Origin: an uncultured Chloroflexia bacterium
GTDB taxonomy: Bacteria; Chloroflexota; Limnocylindria; Limnocylindrales; CSP1-4
Length of the DNA stretch: 64,000 bases
NCBI GenBank assembly: GCA_963734535.1
Contig: CAVTHS010000014.1
Location: 32,001 to 96,000 of the forward strand
Direction of reading: 5' to 3'
In this document: positions 24,207 through 34,179 of the stretch, piece after piece
How positions within the stretch are numbered: the stretch's first letter is position 1
Layout of the letters: each line of letters starts with the position of its first letter
Program-made: the position numbers and the translations under genes
Notes under the pieces: generated by a model
Told to the model about the DNA's origin: nothing
What the model saw: only the letters and a program-made list of their open reading frames with translations
Databases searched by the model: none

Positions 24207-24448
24207 TCGGGGCGCCCCTGGCCGGGGGGCGGCGGAGGCGGTCGCGCGCGGCTGCCCGATGGATTCGACACGGTGACCGCTCGCGTTCGGTCAGCCCCGG
24301 GTCGCGATCGTGCCGCCCTGAGCGTTCGTCGACCGTCCTGGCCCCGTTCGCGGCCGCCTTGGCAGCCAGCGGCTTCGGGCGCGTTGGCAGCCCGGCCGCC
24401 CTGGCCGGCCCGGGCCGTGGCGCGGCGTGCGGCTCTACGATGGCGGCC

Positions 24449-25087
24449 ATGACGCCCGACGAGGTCCGAGAGCGCATGCGCGCCGCGACGCAGCCGCTCC
24501 CCCAGCCCCCGGCCTGGCTGCGCCCGGAGCGGCTCCCGGACGGCGTCCCGTTCGAGCGGCCCGCGTCGCCCGCCAACGCTCGACCCGCGGCCGCGCTCGT
24601 GCTCGTCTACCCCGGGCCCCGCGGGGAGGCGATGCTCGTGCTCACCGAGCGCGTCGACTACGGGGGCGATCACTCGGGCGAGGTGTCCCTCCCGGGCGGG
24701 AAGGTCGAGCCGGGTGACGCCGATGCAGCCGCAACGGCCCTGCGGGAGGCCCGGGAGGAGGTCGGGCTCGACGCCCGAACGGGACGGCGTCGAGGTGATC
24801 GGCCGCCTCGACGCGCTGTGGATCCCGCCCAGCAACTTCCGCGTCGAGCCGATCGTGGCCGTCGCCGCGCGGCGGCCCGCGTTCGTGGCCGGATCGCCGG
24901 GAAGTGGCCGCCATCCTCGAGACGCCCGTGAGCGGCGTTCCTGCCCGACGTCGCGCCGGTGATCGTCGACCCCGACCCGCACGGCCGGCCGATCCGGTAC
25001 GGCGCCTACCTCGTGGAGGGGCGGATCGTGTGGGGAGCCACGGCCGCCATCCTCGGCCAGCTCGGGGCCGTGCTCGGGGCGCGATAA
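24449..25087 (+). CDS. Nudix hydrolase, CoA pyrophosphatase (NudL-like), frameshifted
   Basis: [34 protein letters not shown], and later [10 protein letters not shown]; appears fused to clpB in the ORF track only through indels. Confidence 0.85.
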
Positions 25088-25146
25088 GGGCCGCGCTCGA
25101 AGTCCTCTGATGTCGGCGCGCGCATCCCCCGGGCCGCGACCGACCC

Positions 25147-25311
25147 GCGTGCACGCCCGTGACCACTGCGACCGGCGGGAACCCGGCAGTCGACGGAGTT
25201 GTGCGCCCGTTGAGCGGATCGGCGGTTGGGCGGTTGTCCGGCGCGTTCCGTGACGCAAGATGGCCGCTGGACCGATCGCCGGCGGTCGCAGTGACCAATC
25301 CGTGCACGCCC
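25147..25311 (-). repeat. ~165 bp interspersed element with terminal inverted repeats (copy 2, inverted relative to copy 1)
   Basis: Left end GTGCAC..TGACCACTGCGACCG, right end CGGTCGCAGTGACCA..GTGCAC; internal blocks (ATCyTGCrTCACGG, GCCGGAC, TCCGTCG) shared with copy 1. Confidence 0.75.
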
Positions 25312-25430
25312 GCTCAGCTCGCGGCCGTCGCTCGTCAGCTGGCGGCGCGCCGCCGGGCTGGCGGCGCCCCGCGGCCGACGTGACCGGCCCGAGCCACGGT
25401 CCCAGGGTCGGCGGCGGAAGCCGCCGGACG

Positions 25431-25931
25431 TCAGAGCGGCTCGCCCTCGGCGGCGGTCCTCGCATTCGCCGCTGCGCTCGAGGCCAGCGAGCCCTCACCC
25501 TTCGCCACGGGCAGCGGCCCATCGCCGGGGACGGCGCCCGCGTCCGCGGCGCCCGCGGTCAGCTCCAGCGCCCGGCCCTCGAGGATCCCGCGCGCGGCCG
25601 CGTCGTCTGCGCCCGCGAACTCGACCACGAACGCGCGCATCTCGGAGAGCTCCGTCCAGGCCGCATGCTCGACGCCGGCGGGCCAGAGCACGGCCTCACC
25701 GGCCGCGACCCGCGCCCGCTCGTCGGCCACCCGGACCCAGCCGCCGCCCTCCACGATCACGAGCCAGGCGCTGTTGGGGCTGGAGTGCAGGTCCATGGAG
25801 GCCCGGCGGGCGAACGCGAGCTCCGCCACGAGGCCGCGCGCGTCGGCGTGGATCACCTGGGATGCGACGCCCGTCGTCCCGTCCGGACCGTCCGGGCGCC
25901 GGTGTCCGACGCCGAAGCGGCGGATCTCCAT
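25431..25931 (-). CDS. Cupin domain protein
   Basis: MDLH...LVIVEGGGWV...AGEAVLWPAGVEH cupin motifs. Confidence 0.8.
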   Translation of the reverse strand: MEIRRFGVGHRRPDGPDGTTGVASQVIHADARGLVAELAFARRASMDLHSSPNSAWLVIVEGGGWVRVADERARVAAGEAVLWPAGVEHAAWTELSEMRAFVVEFAGADDAAARGILEGRALELTAGAADAGAVPGDGPLPVAKGEGSLASSAAANARTAAEGEPL

Positions 25932-25934
25932 CGC

Positions 25935-26363
25935 TCAGCCGCGGCGCCGCCGAGCGCGCTTCGGCCGGATCGTCGACTCGGGGTGCGCGAACTTCTGCTT
26001 CGAGTAGAAGCGGGCCTTGGCCAGCTGCTGCTGGTATCGCGCCAGCTCGGGCGGGAAGCGCACGAAGCGGACCCATGCCAGGATGCCCAGCCCGATCGGC
26101 AGGCTCACGGCGGTGAAGATGAAGTCGAAGTGGAAGACCGCGTAGACGAGGAGCAGGAAGAAGAGCGTGATCGACGTCCACAGCAGCCACTCGTAGAGGT
26201 CGAGGTACGGCTGGTGACGACGTAGCTGCCGCGTCCGGACGTTGTACAGGATCACGATCGCCACGATCCCGACCAGCGAGGAGATCCAGATCGCGTTGAA
26301 GAGGTCGGGGAAGAGCACGTCGTTGAACGCGGTGAACAGGTAATCCCAGGGAGGGAGGGTCAC
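25935..26363 (-). CDS. Hypothetical membrane protein (3 TM, basic C-tail)
   Basis: Hydrophobic ORF with typical high-GC codon usage, 3 bp from the cupin start. Confidence 0.7.
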   Translation of the reverse strand: MTLPPWDYLFTAFNDVLFPDLFNAIWISSLVGIVAIVILYNVRTRQLRRHQPYLDLYEWLLWTSITLFFLLLVYAVFHFDFIFTAVSLPIGLGILAWVRFVRFPPELARYQQQLAKARFYSKQKFAHPESTIRPKRARRRRG

Positions 26364-26556
26364 GTGGCGCGGGCCTCCGTCGCTTCGCGGGCTCGGCGGG
26401 CGCAGCGAGCGAGGCGTCCACGCCGGCGGCGCCACCACCCGGCGCCGGACGCTGAGTATGCCATGCTCGCGGCGTATACTCGCGCCCAGAGCGAGGCCGC
26501 CCGTACGCCCATGGTGGCCGGTGCCCGGGCGCGCTGACGCAGGGAGGTTGATCCGG

Positions 26557-28105
26557 GTGCGAGCCCTCCTATCGGTGGCGAACCGCGACGGGGTCAGCGC
26601 GCTCGCCCGCGATCTCGCCGGCCTCGACGTCGAGCTTTACGCCACGGACGGGACACGGGAGCACCTCCTCGCGGACGGGATCGACGTGCTCCCGGTGACG
26701 GCGCTCACGAACCTGCCACCGCTCGTCGGCGGCCTCGTCAGGACCTTCCATCCGGCCGTCTACGCGGGGATCCTCGCGCGCCGCGACCGGCCGGCCGAGC
26801 TGGCCGAGCTGGCCGAGCACGGAATCGGGCTGCTTGACATCGTCGTGGTGACCGTCAAGCCGTTCGCCCCCCAGGTCGGCGAGCGGCGCGTCCCGCTCGA
26901 CGAGGCGCTCGAGATGATCGACGTGGGCGGTACCGCCCTCCTCTCGGCCGCCGCTCGCAACCACGCGGGCGTGGCCGCGGTCAGCAGCCCGTCCTCGTAC
27001 GCGGAGGTGGTCGCGGACATCCGCGCTCGCGGCAGCGTCTCCGCGGAGCTGCGCCAGCGCCTCGCCGCCGAGGCGTTCGCGACCGTCGCAGCGCACCACG
27101 CGGAGGTGGCCGCCTACCTGAACCAGGTGACGGGGGCCACCTTCCCGCCCCACGTCTCGATCATCCTCGAGAAGGTGGCGGACCTCCCGTACGGCGAGAA
27201 CCCGCACCAGCGGGCCGCCTTCTACCGGGAGACGACGCATCGCGACGGCACGCTGGCGGACGCGGTCCAGCTCCAGGGCCGACCGCCCACCTTCAACGAC
27301 CTCCTCGACCTCGACGCGGCCTGGCTGATCGCGCGCGACTTCGGCGCCCCGACCGCGGTCGTCGTCCGCCACACTGACCCGGTCGGCCTCGCCTCGGATG
27401 ACGGACTGCCGGAGGCCTACCGGCGGGCGCTCGAGACGGACCCCGCCGCCGGATACGGCGCCATCGTGGGCGTCAACCGGCCGATGGACGGGGTCACCGC
27501 GAGCGAGATCGCCGCCGGGACCTTCGAGGCGGTCGTCGCGCCGGGCTACGACGACGCGGCGCTCGCCGCGCTCGCGGTGCGGTCCAGACCTGGAGGTCCT
27601 CCGCGTGCCGCCGAACCCGGCGCACGGGCTTCGCGACTACGGGATCGCGGCGCTCGACTTCAAGCGGATCGGCGGCGGCCTCCTCGTCGAGACGCTGGAC
27701 CACACGGGCCTGGACCGCGGGCAGCTGCGCGTGGTGACCGAGCGTCGGCCGACGCTGGACGAGCTGACCGACCTGATGTTCGCCTGGCGCGCGGCGGCCC
27801 ACGTCCGCTCGAACGCGATCGTCCTGTGTCGGAATCTCGCCACGGTCGGGATCGGCGCCGCCCAGGTGAACCGGCAGATCGCGGTCGAGGTCGCGCTCCG
27901 GCGGGCCGGCGACCGGGCCAAGCTGGCGGTCATGGCCTCCGACGCCTACTTCCCCTTCCCCGACGCCATCGCCCATGCGGCGATCGCCGGGGTCAGCGCG
28001 ATCATCCAGCCGGGCGGCTCCCGCCGGGACGAGATGGCGATCGAGGTCGCCGACCGCCACCACCTCGCCATGGTCTTCACGGGCCGCCGCCACTTCCGCC
28101 ACTAG
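26557..28105 (+). CDS. purH: PurH-family AICAR transformylase/IMP cyclohydrolase, divergent, frameshift near 27580
   Basis: RALLSV, IDVGG, YGENPHQ, SNAIV, ASDAYFPFPD, IIQPGGS.RD, MVFTGRRHFRH. Confidence 0.88.
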
Positions 28106-28753
28106 CAGGGCCCGCGCTCGTACCGAGGCTGCCGTCCGCGGCAACGCCCGGGCTCTCGGGCGTCCACGCCCCGGTGGCCCGATCCCACTCGGCCACCGGC
28201 CGAACGGCCGTCGGTCCCTCGCGCAGCTCGGCGCGTCGACGCGCGGTCGCGACGGTCTCGTCCCAGCCCGGCGGCCGCAGGCGCGGTGCCAGTTCCGAGA
28301 GGGGTGCCAGCACGAAGAGCCGCTCGCGTGCGCTTGGATGCGGGACGGTCAGCCACTGCGCGGCCGAGCGAGCGGGGTCATGGCTGCGACCGTCGGACGG
28401 CCGTTCCACGTGGATCGCCTGGCGCCCGAACACCAGCAGGTCCAGGTCCAGCGCCCGGGGACCCCATCGCGGACCGTCCCGGCGTCCGAACGCTCGCTCG
28501 AGCCCCTTGAGCGCGACGAGCAGGGCGAGCGCCGCCCGACCGGATCCCGCCCGACGGGCACGTCGAGCGCGACGACGGCGTTCCGGAACTCCGGCTGGTC
28601 GAGGACTCCGACGGGCGCCGTCGCGTAGAGCCGCGAGATACCGACCAGTCGGACGCCTGCCAGCGCGGCGAGGGCCTGGACCGCAGCCGCGAGCGCCGCG
28701 TCGGGCTCGCCGATGTTCGCCCCCAACCCGACGTACGCCCGGACACGTCCCAC
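28077..28753 (-). CDS. folK: 6-hydroxymethyl-7,8-dihydropterin pyrophosphokinase, frameshift near 28530
   Basis: AYVGLGANIG, YATAPVG..DQPEFRNAV, then LERAFGR..RWGPRALDLDLL, LTVPHP..RERLFVLAPL across two frames. Confidence 0.85.
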
Positions 28754-28783
28754 CCGGCTGCCTCCCGCGGTACCGTTTCGGGC

Positions 28784-29910
28784 ATGCCGCCCGTCGCCGT
28801 CCGCATTCTGCACGCCGAGGCGGGGTCGGCGGCCGGACCGCTGGAACGGGCCCTGATCGGGGCGCGCAGCGACCTGGCGGAGCGCCACCGGCGCGGGTTC
28901 CTCGCCGCGGGCGCAACCGACGTGCGGGTCGTCGCGGGCCCGCCGGATGGGATCCCGTTCGGCGCCCGCCTGCGCGGCCTCGCCGTCGCATGCCTGACCG
29001 GCGGGAAGGGCGGCCTGGTCGTGCTCGGCTCGGGCGCGATGCCGCTGGCGACCGCCGGGGATCGGCGCGCCTTCGTCCTCGTCGCGCGCGGCCCCGGCCG
29101 GGCCGCCCTCGCCAACAACGTCTACTCGGCCGACGTGGTTGCCCTCGGCGGACCGACGGTCGAGCGCGACCTTCGCGACCTCCCGGACCTGCCCGCCGAC
29201 AACGCCCTGCCGCGCTGGCTGGCTGAGGTCGGCGGCTGGCGGGTCGCCGGGCTCGAGCGGTGGCGACTGGGCATCGACCTCGACTCCCCGCTGGACCTCC
29301 TCCTCGTGGGACGGGCTGCCGACATGGCCGGCCTCGACCATGCGAACGTCCCCCGGGAGGCCGTCGCCGCCCGGCTGGCAGGCGTCGCGGCGATCCTCGC
29401 CGACCGGCGCGCCGAGCTCGTCGGTGGCGGGACGGACCTCGGCCGGGACGCTGCGGGCGCTCGAGCGGCGGTGCGGCGCCGCGTCCGGGCGCTGATCGAG
29501 GAGCGCGGCCTGCGGGCGTGCCAGCGGTCGGCTCTCGGCGGCGGCCCAGATGGGCCGCTTGCGAGGCCGCCGCGATCGACCCTGGGACTGCTGGTCGATC
29601 GCGACGGGCCGGAGGCGCTCGGCAGCCTCCTCGCCGGGCTCGGCGATGCCGCGGTCGTCGACACGCGCGTCCTGATCGCCCACCGGTTCGGGCGCGGACG
29701 AGGCGCGCCTGGCCGCCGGCCGAGGATCGCTTCGCCGCCGACCTGCTCCTGCCCGACCGGATCGCCGATCCGTGGCTGCGCGCCCTGATCGTCGGCCTCC
29801 GCGACGCACCGATCCCGATCCTTGCCGGCGGCCACACCCTCGTCGGGCCGGGAATCCGGCTCGTCGCGGCTCGCCGCGGGCGGCCACGCACCCGTGACGG
29901 ATCGTCGTGA
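28784..29910 (+). CDS. Hypothetical protein, CofC/MobA-like nucleotidyltransferase fold (frameshifted)
   Basis: VVLGSGAMPL, NNVYSAD, IDLDSPLDL (resembles DxDTPxDL); C-terminus LAGGHTLVGPG in another frame. Confidence 0.5.
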
Positions 29911-31067
29911 GCACGCCGGCCGAGGACGCCATCCGGGCGGAGATCGCCGCGCGGCGGGCCGATCCCATTCGCGCGTTTCATGGCGCTCGCCCTCGGCGAC
30001 CCGGTGGGCGGCTACTACACGGGGCCGCGGGCACGCCCGACCCGCGACGGCGACTTCCTGACCGCACCCGAGCTTCACCCGGTCTTCGGGGCGGCGCTCG
30101 CGCGGCAGCTCGCCGAGGCCTGGGAACGGCTGGCCCGGCCCGATCCGTTCACGCTCGTCGAATACGGGGCCGGCGCGGGGACGCTCGCCCTCGCGATCCT
30201 CGGCGGCCTCCGCGACGACCGCTCGCCGCTGGCCGACGCCCTGGTCTACGCCCCGATCGAGCTGAATCCGCACCGCCGGGCCGAGCTCGAGGATCGGGCC
30301 GCGCCGTCGGACGGCCGGGCTCCGCGTCGTCGCGGCGCGCGTCGGAGCCGGGCAGGTCACCGGAGCCGTGCTGGCCAACGAGTTCCTCGATGCGCTCCCG
30401 GTCCACGCGGTCGAGATCCGGGACGGGCAGGCCGCCGAGGTCCACGTCGGCGTCCGGCAGCGGCACGTTCACGGAGCTCCTCCTGCCGCCGTCCACGCCG
30501 GCGATCGCGGCCCGCCTCGACGCGCTCGCTGCAGGCGGCGTCATGCTCGAGGAGGGGCAGCGGGTGGAGCTCTGCCTCGCGCTCGACGGCTGGGTCGCGG
30601 ACGTGGCCGCCATGCTCTCGGCGGGCCTCGTGCTCGTGATCGACTACGGCGCGCCAGCGCCCCGGCTGTACGGCCCGCGCCACCGCGCCGGGACGCTGAT
30701 GACCTACCGCGGCCACGCGGCCGACGGGTCGCCGCGACGCACCCTATCGGGACGTCGGCGAGCGCGACATCACCGCCCACGTCGACACGACGACGCTGGC
30801 CAGGCTGCTCGCCGCGGTCGGCTTCGAGATCCTCGGCGAGACGACCCAGGCCGAGCTGCTGGCCGGCTGCGGGCTCGAGGACCTGCTCGAGCGGGAGCGG
30901 AGTCGCGCGACCGACATGGCGCGGCGCTCCTGCTTCGGACCGCCGTGATGCGGCTGCTCGATCCCCGTCACCTCGGCGGCTTCCGGGCCGTGCTCGCGGG
31001 CCGCGGGATCGCCGGTCGCGCCGCCCCTCCGCGGCCTCGCTCCGACCGGCGGGGACGGCCGGGCTGA
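29907..31067 (+). CDS. MidA/NDUFAF7-family SAM-dependent arginine methyltransferase (several frameshifts)
   Basis: FMALAL..GYY..GDFLTAPE..VFG, VEYGAGAGTLA, ANEFLDALPVH, IDYG, GTLMTY, DITAHVD spread over three frames. Confidence 0.82.
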   Translation: MSTPAEDAIRAEIAARRADPIRAFHGARPRRPGGRLLHGAAGTPDPRRRLPDRTRASPGLRGGARAAARRGLGTAGPARSVHARRIRGRRGDARPRDPRRPPRRPLAAGRRPGLRPDRAESAPPGRARGSGRAVGRPGSASSRRASEPGRSPEPCWPTSSSMRSRSTRSRSGTGRPPRSTSASGSGTFTELLLPPSTPAIAARLDALAAGGVMLEEGQRVELCLALDGWVADVAAMLSAGLVLVIDYGAPAPRLYGPRHRAGTLMTYRGHAADGSPRRTLSGRRRARHHRPRRHDDAGQAARRGRLRDPRRDDPGRAAGRLRARGPARAGAESRDRHGAALLLRTAVMRLLDPRHLGGFRAVLAGRGIAGRAAPPRPRSDRRGRPG

Positions 31068-31305
31068 CTGAGCCGGCGCGGATCTCCGGGCTCCTCCGCC
31101 GGCCGCAGAAGGCGCGACGCGCCCGACGCGCCCCACGTCGGTCGCCACGTGCCCGGAACGCTCCTGCTAGGATGCCATGGCGCGCCCGGGACCCCCGGTC
31201 ACGACGCGTGCGCCCGTCTCACCCGAGCCCCCGCCGGGTCGACGTGGACCGGCCGTCAGCCCCGCATCGGGAGTCGGCGGGCCTGCCCGGCCGCAGAAAG
31301 GTGCG

Positions 31306-31662
31306 ATGGAAGGGATCTGGTACGTCGTCGGCTTCGCCTTCGCCGGCGTCTCCTTCGTCTTCCTGACGATCGGGCTCTCGTGGCTCATCAGCCATCGGAC
31401 GCGAGGCAGCCGCGGCAAGGGCCTCCCGTACGAGAGCGGGATCGACACCTTCGGCGATACGCACGGCCGCTTCGGCGTCTCGTACTACCTCTACGCCCTC
31501 CTCTTCGTCGCCTTCGACATCGAGGTGATCTTCATCTTCCTGTGGGCGCTGGTCATCCGCGATCCGATCCCGGGCCTCCTGACGACGATGTTCCTGTTCG
31601 TCGGGATCCTGCTGCTCGGGCTCGCGTACGCGTGGCGCAAGGGCGTGCTGACGTGGCACTGA
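31306..31662 (+). CDS. nuoA: Complex I subunit A
   Basis: KGLPYESG, YYLYALLFVAFDIE, YAWRKGVLTW. Confidence 0.93.
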   Translation: MEGIWYVVGFAFAGVSFVFLTIGLSWLISHRTRGSRGKGLPYESGIDTFGDTHGRFGVSYYLYALLFVAFDIEVIFIFLWALVIRDPIPGLLTTMFLFVGILLLGLAYAWRKGVLTWH

Positions 31663-32384
31663 CCGAGCCCGGGCGCGCCCGGCCGGCGGCGTCCGAACCC
31701 GGACCTGCCGGTTCTCGGCGGCGACCCCGGACGACGCGCTCGTCGAGGCGATCGTCGTGCCCGAACGCGCTCTGGCGGCCCGAGGATCCGGCCGGCTACG
31801 GCGGCGGCGCGCTGCCGGACGACCCGCGCCTCGAGATGCGGCGCTACGACGAGTCCGGCGAGGGCCGCCGCGACGACGCTCGCTGGGGCGGCCTGGACAT
31901 TGTCCCCACGAAGGCCGACTACGTCCTGGACCTGATCCGGCTGAACAGCCTCTGGCCGCTCCTCTCGGGGCTGGCCTGCTGCGCCATCGAGATGATGTCC
32001 ACCGCCACCAGCCGCCACGACATCGACCGCTGGGGGATGTTCCCGTTCCGCGCCTCGCCGCGCCAGGCGGACGTGCTCATCGTGGCCGGGACGCTCACGA
32101 CGAAGATGGCCGAGCCGCTGGTCCGCCTCTGGGCGGAGATGCCCGAGCCGAAGTGGTGCGTCGCGATGGGCGACTGCACGTGCTCCGGCGGACGCTACAA
32201 GCGCAGCTACAGCACGGTCCAGGGGATCGACCGCGTCCTGCCGGTCGACGTCTACGTGCCGGGCTGCCCGCCCCGCCCGGAGGGCCTGATCTACGGGATG
32301 ATGAAGCTCCAGCAGCTGGTCAAGGAGCGCCGCGGCCACTGGCCCGAGCGCGCGATCGGACCCACCGTGCCGGACCAGGTGTAG
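31653..32384 (+). CDS. nuoB: Complex I subunit B
   Basis: GLACCAIEM, RASPRQAD, MPEPKW, GDCTCSGG, PVDVYVPGCPPRPE. Confidence 0.93.
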   Translation: MALTEPGRARPAASEPGPAGSRRRPRTTRSSRRSSCPNALWRPEDPAGYGGGALPDDPRLEMRRYDESGEGRRDDARWGGLDIVPTKADYVLDLIRLNSLWPLLSGLACCAIEMMSTATSRHDIDRWGMFPFRASPRQADVLIVAGTLTTKMAEPLVRLWAEMPEPKWCVAMGDCTCSGGRYKRSYSTVQGIDRVLPVDVYVPGCPPRPEGLIYGMMKLQQLVKERRGHWPERAIGPTVPDQV

Positions 32385-32387
32385 CCG

Positions 32388-32940
32388 ATGGACCGTGCCT
32401 TCCGGGCGCTCATCGAGCGGACCTTCGGGGACCTCGCTGACCGGCCCCGTGCGCCAGCGCCACGACGAGACCGAGATGCGGATCCGCCCGGGGGACGTCC
32501 CGCAGGTGATGCGGACGCTCCACGACGATCCCGGCCTGCGATTCGAGTACCTGAGCGATCTCGCCGGCGTCGACACGGGGACCGACTTCCAGGTCGTCTA
32601 CCACCTGTTCAGCGTGGTGACGCCGGACTGGCTGCGCGTCGTGGCCGACGGGATCCCGCGCGACCAGCCCCGCATCCCCTCGATCACGTTCCTCTGGAAG
32701 GGCGCGGAGTGGATGGAGCGCGAGGCGTACGACATGTTCGGCCTCGTGTTCGAGGGCAACCGCGACCTGCGCCGGATCTACATGCCGGACGACTTCGTGA
32801 GCTTCCCGCTGCGCAAGGACTTTCACCTCCCGGACGACGCGTCGCGCTCACCCGGCGGCGGCGTGCGCCCGATGGAGGACGCCGCCACCCCGGCCGACGC
32901 CGCCGCCTCCACGGTCCGCCGAACGGCCAAGGCCCGCTAG
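32388..32940 (+). CDS. nuoC: Complex I subunit C (frameshift near 32440)
   Basis: YLSDLAGVD, VVYHL, IPSI..W.GAEWMEREAYDMFG..F.G..DLRRI, PLRKDF. Confidence 0.9.
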
Positions 32941-32954
32941 CGCAGGGACCGGGG

Positions 32955-34169
32955 ATGACCACCCCCACTCGCCCCAGCCTCGACGATCCCGCCCTCACGA
33001 TCCCGCTCGAGCACGCCGGGATCTTCGAGCCGATCCCGCTTGCCCGCACGGAGCGCCAGCAGGAGTTCTACAGCCTCAAGGACGGCGAGATGCTCCTGAA
33101 CATGGGACCGCAGCACCCGTCCACGCACGGCGTGCTGCGGGTGGTCCTCAAGATCTCGGACGAGCAGGTGGTGGACCTGGACCCGGTCCTGGGCTACCTC
33201 CATCGCGGCGTCGAGAAGATCGCCGAGAACTCCGACTTCCACCACATCATCAGCCAGCTCGACCCGCTCGAGTACATCAGCTCCCTCTTCTGCGAGTGGA
33301 GCCCGGTGATGTCCTTCGAGAAGCTGCTGGACGTGGAGGTGCCACGGCGGGCGGAGTACATCCGGGTGCTGACCGGGGAGCTGAACCGGATTGCCAGCCA
33401 CATGCTGTTCCTGGGGTGGTACGCCCTGGACCTGGGCGGGATCACGCCGATCCTGTGGAGCTTCGCCGAGCGCGACGAGATCGTGGAGATGCTCGCCGCG
33501 ATCACCGGCGCCAAGCTGCTCTTCAACTACTTCCGGATCGGCGGCGTCAACGGCGACCTGAACCACGAGTTCATGAGCCGGCTCGGCGACTGGATGAGCC
33601 GGGCAGGCGAGCAGCTGAATGCCGGCATGGGCCTCCTCAACGAGAACGAGATCTTCGTTCGGCGCGCTCGCGGGCTTGGCGTCCTGGACCGCGAGACGGC
33701 CCTCCGGATGTGCACCACGGGCCCGAACCTCCGGGCGTCGGGCGTCCCGTTCGACATCCGTCGCGCCCATCCGTACAGCGTCTACCCGGAGCTGGACTTC
33801 GACATCCCGACGCGCAACGAGGGCGACTCGCTGGCCCGCTACCTGCTCCGCATGGACGAGGTCCGCCAGAGCCTCCGGATCATCGACCAGTGCCTCCACC
33901 AGATGCCCGACGGGCCGGTCATGGCGCGCCTGCCGCGTCTCCTTCGCCCGCGCCCGGGCCGCGCCTACAGCGCGGTCGAGGGACCCCGCGGCCAGTACTC
34001 GTGCTACGCCATGAGCGATGGGACGGACCAGCCCTTCCGGCTGCGGATCCACGACCCCAGCTTCCTGCACCTGCAGCTGGTCGGGCTCCTGATGCCGGGG
34101 AACCTGATCGCCGACACGATGGCGATCATGGCGTCGCTCGACCCGGTGATGGGCGGCGTGGACAAGTGA
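32955..34169 (+). CDS. nuoD: Complex I subunit D
   Basis: LNMGPQHPSTHGVLR, GYLHRGVEK, ELNRIASH, VEGPRG, IMASLDPVMGGVDK; no NiFe CxxC. Confidence 0.94.
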   Translation: MTTPTRPSLDDPALTIPLEHAGIFEPIPLARTERQQEFYSLKDGEMLLNMGPQHPSTHGVLRVVLKISDEQVVDLDPVLGYLHRGVEKIAENSDFHHIISQLDPLEYISSLFCEWSPVMSFEKLLDVEVPRRAEYIRVLTGELNRIASHMLFLGWYALDLGGITPILWSFAERDEIVEMLAAITGAKLLFNYFRIGGVNGDLNHEFMSRLGDWMSRAGEQLNAGMGLLNENEIFVRRARGLGVLDRETALRMCTTGPNLRASGVPFDIRRAHPYSVYPELDFDIPTRNEGDSLARYLLRMDEVRQSLRIIDQCLHQMPDGPVMARLPRLLRPRPGRAYSAVEGPRGQYSCYAMSDGTDQPFRLRIHDPSFLHLQLVGLLMPGNLIADTMAIMASLDPVMGGVDK

Positions 34170-34179
34170 GGATCGCCCC

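Noticed and set aside
26470-26556. ZTP (pfl) riboswitch before purH
   Set aside because: GCCGGTGCCCGGGC loosely resembles P3, but the conserved GACTGGCG 5' part is absent.
32955-34169. Group 4 [NiFe]-hydrogenase large subunit
   Set aside because: There are no CxxC Ni-binding motifs, and the NuoD quinone-site motif GPQHPSTHG is present.
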